NCBI RefSeq assembly: GCF_006345805.1
Contig: NC_043004.1
Span: 61,070,001-61,134,000 of the forward strand
Direction of reading: 5' to 3'
DNA: 64,000 nt
DNA from: Octopus sinensis
Taxonomy: Eukaryota
Under the pieces are notes generated by a model. The model searched no databases, had not been told where the DNA came from, and worked only from the letters and a program-made list of their open reading frames with translations. The translations under genes and the position numbers were made by a program. Of this stretch, positions 54,338 to 64,000 are shown piece after piece (within the stretch, counting starts at the first letter, position 1; the number at the start of each line of letters is the position of its first letter).

Positions 54338-54799
54338 AGTGTATGTTTGTGCGTGCCTGTCTGTGTGTGTCTGTGCTACGTCTGGTGTGCTTGTGTTTCA
54401 CGACACGTATGCCAGAAATCTTAAGTTCTTTCTGGTATTGCTTATGTCCTTCTTGGTTTTAATCCCCAACTGTTCCTATTTCATTTTTATTTTACATACG
54501 AGGGAAATTTTAAAATGTGACGGGTGTATCAAAGAGGTACAAAAAAGCTGCTGCTGAATTGTGAACCTTTATAAGAGACTGCAACCTGTATAGTTATTCG
54601 TTATCCAGATGAGGTGATAATGCTGTCAAGTCTAACGATTGTTACAAGACTACACTAGAAGAAGAGTGGAAACCGACATCATGTGTATGCTTCTGTTGTT
54701 TCTTTAGAGACATCAGTTTGTTTCTAGACTCCGTTGATACAACGCTAATAGGAGGGAGGGAGAAAGAAGGAGAAGAAAATGAAGCTGAAAAAGAGGTGA

Positions 54800-54863
<64 letters not shown>

Positions 54864-55612
54864 TTATATATATAGGACAAGAGAGAGAGAGACCAAGCAG
54901 GAAGTGAATCCCTATGAATTATAAATAAATTTAGAAGTTCAAAATGGAAAAGATACGTGTTATTTTTAATCTGTCTGTCTGTGTCTTTTTCCCTTGCAAT
55001 GAAGTTTACAACTGTTTTTTCCTTTAAGGAGCTGTTTTAGCCTGCGGCTTGTAAGTTTACTCCACCTATATATGCCTAAGGCTAAAAACGGCACCAACAA
55101 ATGTAACAATAACGGCTTAAACTCGAAGAGGAAAAGAACAAAAATGTTCCTAAGACCGAAAATGAATCATTGATTTCTTAAAATTTTGTTTAGCAGCCAT
55201 TCGATCACCAACACACACACACTCACTCGCGCGAACATTAACATACACAGATGCACACACAAACACACACACACTCTCTTATGCACGCACACACACAATA
55301 TTATTTATTTATTCATTTCATTAAAGGACTAAAAGTTTGCTAAATCGCGGTCAAAATGTTTGCAGTATATTCTGTTATTCTTTAATTTTTTTCACTTATG
55401 AAAAAAAAAAAAAAAAAGGGGGGCCTTACTGGGATATCACATTGAATGATTCAGTCGAGCGAATCGACGCCAGAATTTATTTTCATTAAATCTAGGACAT
55501 GATTTATCAATGTCTTTGCAGAATCTCTATTTTAAGAGGATATCAACAAACCAATGACATTTGTCAAGTGGTGTGGAAACAATCATACACACAAGCATAC
55601 ATATACATAACG

Positions 55613-55652
<40 letters not shown>

Positions 55653-55665
55653 AATATATATATAT

Positions 55666-55883
55666 AGTAGTTGTATGCTGTCGACATAATGTGACAGTCC
55701 CATGAAGGGAATAATACTACTGCTGGCTTAGTGGGTGGAGGTGCTTATCTCCTCCTAGTAAACATATGGACACAGGAAATGTGTCAAGGCTGACAGGAAG
55801 CGGTGCTGCTTCCTAGGGCTATATAGCAGTAGTATTATTCCCTTCATGACACTGTCACATTAAGTTGACAGCATACAACTACT
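55666..55883. repeat. Fold-back / MITE-like element with 59-bp inverted arms (55666-55724 / 55825-55883)
   Basis: Arms are reverse-complementary with ~4 mismatches; lies between (TA)n tracts. Confidence 0.85.
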
Positions 55884-55929
55884 TTATCGTATCACTACTG
55901 CATAAATCTCTCTGAGAGATTTAGAAATG

Positions 55930-55983
<54 letters not shown>

Positions 55984-56267
55984 AGCCTCCACACTGTTTC
56001 CGTGGAAGAAATTAACTCACAAGCTACAGATCTGTCCGCAATTATAATAGAAAGCACTTGTGCAGTGTGGTGCGCTCGCAAATTCAGGCGGTTTCAAAGA
56101 GTACGTCTTAACCTTGGAATTATGTATGTATTGGGAGAACGAAGAGATGAGAGAGAGAGAGAGATATAGTGTGGGGGGGGGGGCATATATTGATAGAGGG
56201 AGAGAGAAAAAGAGAAAGGTAGAGAAAGGGAGGAATAGAAAGGTAGAGAGAGAGAGAGAAAGAATGA

Positions 56268-56335
<68 letters not shown>

Positions 56336-56429
56336 GAAAGAAATGCGAAGAGAAGAAACATTTTCTGTTTATACCCAGAAACCTTTAAACTAGTAAACAT
56401 CACTAAAGGCACCCAAAGTATAATGGATA

Positions 56430-56756
56430 AAGACCCACTTGGGCCATAAGTGACCACAGGATCGCGCCTAGAATGTTGCCCTTTTGAGTCACAAATCCGA
56501 ACACGGTTGTTCATGGAAGACCAGTAGTCGCCCGTGCATTCCAGACTCACCTGTACACATCACCGATGTTATCCAAGGGAAAGCCAAAGATCGAAACAGG
56601 TAGGCACCAGTGACTTCGCAACTTGTTTCTACTGCTACGTGAAGTGGAGCAACGTGAAATAAAGTGTCCTGCTCAAGAACACAGCATAGGGCTCGGTCTA
56701 GGAATCGAACTCACTACCTCATGCTTGTGATCTCGATGTTCTCACCACTGAGCCAT
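56430..56756 (-). mobile_element. Diverged SINE (family B-like head)
   Basis: Minus TGGCTCAGTGGTGAGA...GAGTTCGATTCC...TTCTTGAGCAGGACACTTTATTTCACGTTGCTCCA. Confidence 0.65.
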
Positions 56757-57141
56757 ATATTTAGTGCCAACGTATAAGGCAGTGTTAAATCGGGAAACCG
56801 ATTAAATTCACACTCATGTAGGTTATGATGAAAATTTGAATTCAGTACAAAAGACTCGGGTAATATACGCAAAGCAGACTATCCGATGTTCTTACATTTT
56901 CCTCAATTCAACATTCTAGATTGGTTCATTTTCGTGAGCCCGAAACCATGAAAGACAAAGTTGACTTCGGCAGTATTTGAACTTGGAGCAGGAGGAAATG
57001 CAGCTTGATATTCTTTTCAATGCTCTAACAACTCTATAAATTTCTGCCTACGCCTGGTAAGGTGAGAAAATAACCATCTTTTTATAGGTACTAGTTGCAT
57101 TGTAATAATCTAACGGCAATTCTTCTCTTCCTATGTCTCTT

Positions 57142-57172
<31 letters not shown>

Positions 57173-57746
57173 CACACACAAACGCATGCACACAAACACA
57201 TAAACATATATGCATGTATCTCTAAGGTGGCAGGTGGGTGCAAAGAAACAGACGCACTAAATTCAGTTTTAGATACTAGTAAAACAACGAGTTACACGTG
57301 GTCGCTTGAGCTTCTAACAAATATAGTAGCAACAAAATTCCTATTAGTTTCACACTACCGTAGCTAAAAATGAGTAAGGGTAACAGAACAGATCATGTAG
57401 ATCTAAATATAAAATCATTAACTGAACGAACAAGCATTTATATGGCCGACCTTGGAGTCTTGTTACGTAGCATAGGTCGTTATGCAACTTTCCCTATGAT
57501 TAAGGATTACTAGAAGCGGCTAATATAAATATTATGAACGGAAAAAGAGGCCATCAGTTAATTATTTGCAGCAACAAAAGCAGCGGTAATAATATAGTGA
57601 GGACGATAATGATATAATTATGATTGAAGATTGTTACTCGAAGTGTAAAATTCGCTTTTTCGCTGGGAAACTTTGTAAAGCCATTCATGATATAAACTGA
57701 GTAAATAGTTACATTACAATATTGACATCATAATTAAACCAGTTAC

Positions 57747-57782
<36 letters not shown>

Positions 57783-57797
57783 CACCACCAACACCAA

Positions 57798-57889
<92 letters not shown>

Positions 57890-58429
57890 TCGTCTATCGT
57901 GACCATACGTTGTAGCGGCTTCGAAGGTATGTTAAACATTATTGGAAAGAATTTGTTTACTCCCAGGAAAAAATTTTCTTAAATCTTGGCTCCTACTTCA
58001 CGAAGTAAAAAGAACCGCTTGTTTGTTCTCTAAAGAACACGGTTTTTGCCATATTCTTTTTGCCCTCCTCTGTTTCTGTTTTTTTTTGTACTGGCAATAT
58101 GGCGCCCATAACATCTACTTTAAGATTCACTGAGAAGTAGCAAGAAGAAAGAATCATGCTTCTACTGACTTCATTAGACAACATTTGTACAGGAAAAACA
58201 ACTAATAACAGAAGTAACAGCTCTAGCTATCCAATGGTAACGATAACGTTTCTTGTTTTCAAAGAGAACATCAGCACAGGCAAAAGCGGCAGGAGCAAAA
58301 ACAACGGCAACAACAGTAACAGTCATCAGCGAAGAAGCAACTACAACACGGACAAATATAACAAAACCAAGAACATCAACACTATCGATGGTAGCAATTA
58401 CAACAACGACAACAGTGAAGTAAGTAGCG

Positions 58430-59200
58430 GAAGAGAGATTACGAGCAAGCGAACTTCTGCTGAGCTGTCGAAGAAACCAGCACCGTACTTCCAGTTCTCC
58501 CTAAACGACAAAGAGGCACACCTAGCATAAGTGACTCTACTTCTGAAGGTGAATAGGTGAAGAGAACAGTTTGCTATCGCAGCCGAGAATTTTGCAGCAA
58601 CTGCCCGGCAGCGGATGTTGTATTGTTGTGTGTCAGCTATAATCAGACGATTACGTGCAGAAAACACACTCAGGATGGAAAGGGCCCCTGATAGGTATTT
58701 ATGCAAATTTAGAACACACATTCAAGACAAGTGAGTTCCAGAGCGTAGTGGTCCTGTTCAAGACTAAAACTCACCCAGTGAAGCACTCCATAATTCTTAT
58801 AAGTGTTATGGATCTCATACGCTTCCCAAAATACTTTGGGAGAAGGAATGTCATGTTAAGATAGAAAGATCTGGTAGATCTTAATTATGTTGTTGTAGAT
58901 GGCAGAGATTGCCGCCTCGACGAAAAACGTATCAGAGTAAGTGGAATTATTCCAAAATTGTATCCACTCGTCCAATGTAGTAGAGCTGCATACTGCCGCT
59001 GAAAGCAGAAGACCAAGAAGCATACAGTGTCCCTCTGAAGGCACTCAAGGGCTTTCACCCATCCACAAATAGAGCAGATGTGACCTGGTCAGATACCAGC
59101 AATATAACTCTTCAACAGAAACTGTATACATCAGTAATCGCATGCGCAATAGTATCACTGAACTGAACAAGAAAACCTGCAGCAATATCAACGGCAACAG
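58430..59200 (+). mobile_element. Decayed LINE ORF1-like remnant
   Basis: KRTVCYR and following segments resemble the ORF1 remnant near 49060 (KRTVVYR). Confidence 0.35.
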
Positions 59201-59234
59201 CAGTTGTAACGCATCATAAATTTTAGGCGATTGA

Positions 59235-59304
<70 letters not shown>

Positions 59305-59305
<1 letters not shown>

Positions 59306-60930
59306 CGCTACTTTTATATGTTTGACTTTTGCTTTGTATTTGTACAAGTTTGCTCCAAGTCTCACCCAGAGACCTCAAGATACAACAAGTTAAAGGTTCA
59401 AGCTGGTGTTATGACTAGGCTGTCATGTATTTGGTTTTGCACATAGTATTGTTCAAGAAAATGCTTTAGAAATCATAACAAAATTAAAAGTTTGTTTTAA
59501 AATTTGAGATTACATAAACAGTATTTCACGAAGGATACGGGCGGTTTCTATAAACTTTATTTTTCGAAATTCTGCCATATTAGAGTTCCGTGTGATCTAA
59601 GCTAGGTAGGAATCAGCCCCTTTTGCTAGCATTCCTAGGGCACCTATGACAACGGGTATTGTTTTAGTCTTGAGGTTCCCCATTTTGCCAATTTCTATAT
59701 CGAAATCTTTATACTTGGTCAGTGTTTGGTAGGTCTTGACAGATAAATTTATGTCGATTGGGACAGTCATATCAATGAGGAGACATAATTTTTGTCTAAT
59801 GTCTTTCAATATAATGTATGGGCTATTCGCATCTATCTTTCTGTCAGTTTGAACGGTGAAGTTCCAGAGGAGATAAATGTGATCATTTTCAAGCACTGGA
59901 GGTGGTTTCTGTTCTTGTGTTCTCACCAGTTTCTATCACGAGGCATGTCCAAGGTTTTGAAAATTACCCAGTGAATATACAATGCTGCTCTATCATACCT
60001 GTTCAGAAACTCTGTCGGCACAAGAAGACTGCATATGGAAACAACATGATCAATGGCTTCATTTTGTGTTGACATTCACGACATGGTGGGCTACTGCCGA
60101 TCTTTATGTTGGCCTGGTAGCTCCTTGTAGGTAGGCATTGATCTTGGGTTGCTATCGGTATTATATCGGTATTATAAGCTCTCTTTGGGTATTCGTCATT
60201 GAGAGGTTTTCTTTGCTATTTATCAGTAAGAATATCTAAGGCAGCAGTTTTAGTACGGGTTTTCATACGCTTAGCATTTTCTGTGCTTGTTTCCAGTTTG
60301 TCTAATTCTGGGATTTCTTGTATTTGGAATTCACTTAGATATTCCTTTGCCTGTTTTATTACTGAGAATGATGCTTTCTTTGTTTTCATGCTTTTAGACA
60401 AGTTTTAACATCCAATCATCAGAGTTTTTCAGGAAGGTGTTCAGGCCAACTGTGGCAATCTTAATTGTTAATTTCAGCTCTAAAAGTCCACAGCCACCCC
60501 GTTTTTTTGTCAGGTAAAGTCGTTCTATTTCTGCCTTAGGGTGGTGCATTCTATGCACTGGAAACTATTTTCGTATTTTTCTGTGAAGATTACATATTTC
60601 AGTAATTGACCAGTATTTCACTTGGCGTATCGGTTACATTGACTTTTCTATCATTACTACATTTTCATCAGACCTGGGTTTGTCTATAATTATTTCATCT
60701 GTAGTATCTACTTTAGCTGCAAATTCGTAGCTTTTATCGCTTACTGATTGTTTCATTTGGTCAATCTTTAATTCAGCTAGTAATTTCTCTTTCATAATGC
60801 TTCTTCTGATGTTTGCAAGTTTGTTACTGTCTTTGTAGGATCTTACTTCAATATGCTTCTGTCTACAGTTAAGTAGATTTGTTCAGTATTAGATTTATTT
60901 CTTGGAGAATACATGGTATGATAGCAGGCC
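59305..60930 (-). mobile_element. R4/Dong-like LINE 3' portion with CCHC and restriction-like endonuclease, ending in (AAT)n
   Basis: LWNFTVQTDRKIDAN.PYII...LIDMTVP.D.N...KYKD..IEI...IPVVIGALG, TARILREIL*, CRE...IDHVVSIC; (TTA)n at 59236-59305. Confidence 0.88.
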
Positions 60931-60944
60931 TTAAGAACGTCTTT

Positions 60945-61260
<316 letters not shown>

Positions 61261-61293
61261 GTTGTTGTTGTTATATTTCAGGAGTACAGCAAG

Positions 61294-61325
<32 letters not shown>

Positions 61326-61924
61326 TATATTTATCTCAGACTAGGCAGAGTGCCTTTCTTATTGATCATGACTATAACGGGACAGTAAACTATATGTATT
61401 TATGTATACAAGTATGTATTTATGCATGTATGTATACACACACACATATATATATAACTTGCATTACATTGGTTAAATATTTGTTTGCGTAAAATGAAAT
61501 GAAACGAAAACACATTTTTAATGAATATATGATATTATATAACAGAATGAAATAATAGAAATGAATATCAATTATTACAGCTTAAAGCATTGTACAAATT
61601 GATGAGAAATATATAAATTGGCGGAGTAAGGTCTTTGTTTAGAAGAATCCTAATTATCTTCTGATAATAGAGCAAAATTCACTGAATAAGAATGTCTACT
61701 TAAGCATTTTGAATACGTTTGTCAAGCTGTGCACTCGCTTATAACTTAAATATACTGTGTTATATTTAGTTTATAATTCCTTACAGTCTGATTTCGAACC
61801 TCGGCAAGATCAGCATTTTCTGTCGTCCTTACCTCGGTGGATAAAATAAATACCATCCTTTAATTTTGGATCTGGATCACCTGTGCCATTTCTTAAATTT
61901 CGAAGCTAGGTTCATTGATTTCAT

Positions 61925-62285
61925 AGGACCTAGTCGAATAACCTGAATCCAGTGCTTATTCTATCGATCTCTTCTGCTAAATCGCAAGTTTGCTCTGACA
62001 TAAGCAAACCAACACCAGTTTGTCAGACAAAAAGGGACAAAGTCATCCCATCTCACACGTGGATGTGCGTGTGTGTGTATGTAGACACACACACACACAT
62101 ATGTATATATGTATGTGTGTTAGTGACAGGCTATCATGCATTGCCCGCATAGCGAATTCACTCACAAGACATTTATCTGCTCGAGGCTTAAGCAGAAGAC
62201 ATCAAACAAAAGATCCACGCAGTGAAACTGAACGCGAAACAGGTTATAATGCTAGCTTCCTACCAAACAACCAAGCCTGCGCCCA
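61925..62285 (-). mobile_element. Diverged SINE family A
   Basis: CAGTGCTTATTCTATCG...CACTCACAAG...CCACGCAGTG..ACTGAAC match the family. Confidence 0.65.
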
Positions 62286-63407
62286 TGTCACTGAGTTAAA
62301 AGTGAACCATGATCAAGCAGATTATAATGAATCGTATTTATATTTTTAACATTTTATTGTTAATCCCCGGTGTATTTTACCCAAGATTAAGTTGTCCATC
62401 GTTTTCATATTTAAAATTTGTATATGATCTGAAATAGTTTTGGATGCTAAGACTAGTAGGTCATATGCATCCGTATGTCAATATTGCTTAAACTTTATGA
62501 TTCCATAGTGTACTAGATATCAAAAAAAAAGAAAAAAAACACAAGTTTAATTTGCATAGAGTGCTTCTGAAAACGCTTTAAATTAGAAATTTAAAAAAAA
62601 AGCTTCGCAAACTGTTTACCTTATGCCATTTATCATTTATAGGTGACATTTGATCGTAATTGACTTTACATAGTTTTTTAAAAGTTGGAAATAAACAGCC
62701 TTTCATTTCTTCTCAGTACACTGGATACATTTTTCAACTTTTATTCCTGATCAATAAACAAAATATTAATTCACTGAAATATGACGTTTCACATTGAATG
62801 AAAATAAAGATTTTTATTAACTACTGAAAGATATCCGTTAACGATGACATGCCAACACTTTTACAAGAAACAGTTCTTCGTATTTAATTTTTAGTAAACG
62901 ATCAATAGATTCAATTATTCTTCTTGAGAGAATTTCAAACCAGCATCAGTTGGAAATTACATGAAAATCTTGAAACTAAAAATGTTCCATGTTAAATTAT
63001 TAAAAAATCTCAATCTCAATTTCTCTTCTAGAATTGTCAAGATCTCAACTGTGAAAGGAGTAATTTCTATTATATGAGAGAATTTCTAAGGAAATATTTC
63101 CCCAATAATTATCTTCAGAAAAAAAAAAACCCAGCATAAAACACATATGAGCGATGTGATTGACCGATAACATCGGTTTCTTTGAAACATATTGATAGTT
63201 TACTTTCAATATATTTGTAAAAGAGATTTTTCTCGGAATAATATAGCATTATTTAACATCCTAAAGGATATAATTAAATATTTTCGTATTTCCTTTATAG
63301 ACAACGCATTGCACATTTTGCCAAATTGCTCAATTGTACTGCAAAAATAATTAACAAATATGTATTGGATTATTGAGTAATCTTTATGCAAACCATACAC
63401 ACACACA

Positions 63408-63474
<67 letters not shown>

Positions 63475-63477
<3 letters not shown>

Positions 63478-63625
63478 GCCGACGAGAATGTATCGTAGGT
63501 TTTCGCTCTGATATTCGAAACTCCGAGTACTATAATGGCAATATTTTACTGTTTGCTCTAAATTATAACATATATAAATAATCCTATATTTATCTACTTT
63601 CGAAGTCTCATTCTTATGTTGTTAC
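63475..63625 (+). mobile_element. PLE terminal-repeat fragment with HHR-like motif (63475-63533)
   Basis: CCGACGA-GAAUGU...AUAUUC-GAAAC-UCCGA-GUA; homologous to the reverse complement of 15975-16130; follows (TA)n. Confidence 0.7.
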
Positions 63626-63639
63626 TTATTATTATTATA

Positions 63640-64000
63640 ATTGCCTTTGCACAGTTCTAACGCTGGAGATATACTACAGTGTCAGCTGTTCACTACCAGT
63701 GAACTAAGGTAAGACCTCTTATTTTTCATGCATCTTCCGGAATATTCGAGCGGTTCCAAACAGTGCTGTTTTCTGCAAGTGCTCCACCCTTATTCCAGTC
63801 CTTATTTGTTCCACATACTTCTCGAGATTTTTGCTCACTCTTCCCAAGGCTCCGACAATTATTGGTACTACTGCTACCTTTTTCATCGACCACAACTGCT
63901 TAACCTCCCAAGCTAACCTGTTATATCTCTCGAAATTTCTTTCTTCCTTGTCGCATACCTTGTTATCAGTTGGTCATGCTATATCTATGATCCAGCATAG
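63640..64000 (-). mobile_element. R4/Dong-like RLE LINE 3' end (continues beyond window)
   Basis: Minus frame WEVKQLWSMKKVAVVPIIVGALG...LQKTALFGTARIFRK; ends at a short (TTA)n. Confidence 0.8.

Noticed and set aside
57709-57939. Poly-Ser/Gly ORF; also poly-Ile/Leu ORFs at 48.3, 59.2 and 61.1 kb
   Set aside because: Trinucleotide microsatellites (ACT, ACC, AAT).

Overview
AT-rich, microsatellite-laden eukaryotic DNA with no convincing host gene. The repeat families look like those of an octopus (coleoid cephalopod) genome; the species call is an inference. The window is almost entirely transposon-derived. It holds three tRNA-derived SINE families (about 25 copies), an internally deleted mariner element with intact TIRs and TA target duplication, remnants of R4/Dong-like (RLE), L1/Tx1-like and CR1/L2-like LINEs, and at least four Penelope-like element (PLE) coding remnants. 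One PLE remnant keeps a 361-codon open RT-C/GIY-YIG frame (31989-33071). The most striking signal is about a dozen type I hammerhead-ribozyme (HHR)-like motifs read by eye. They sit in short PLE terminal-repeat fragments that land in (TA)n microsatellites, often inside older SINEs, and often as fold-back inverted repeats that turn around within the ribozyme. Several carry recurrent non-canonical cores (CUGUUGA/CUGUAGA, CCGANGA, an extra A after A9, ultra-short palindromic stem III), and one family joins a tRNA-like Pol III head to an HHR tail. Most ORFs in the supplied track are microsatellite artefacts. Coordinates of decayed elements are approximate.
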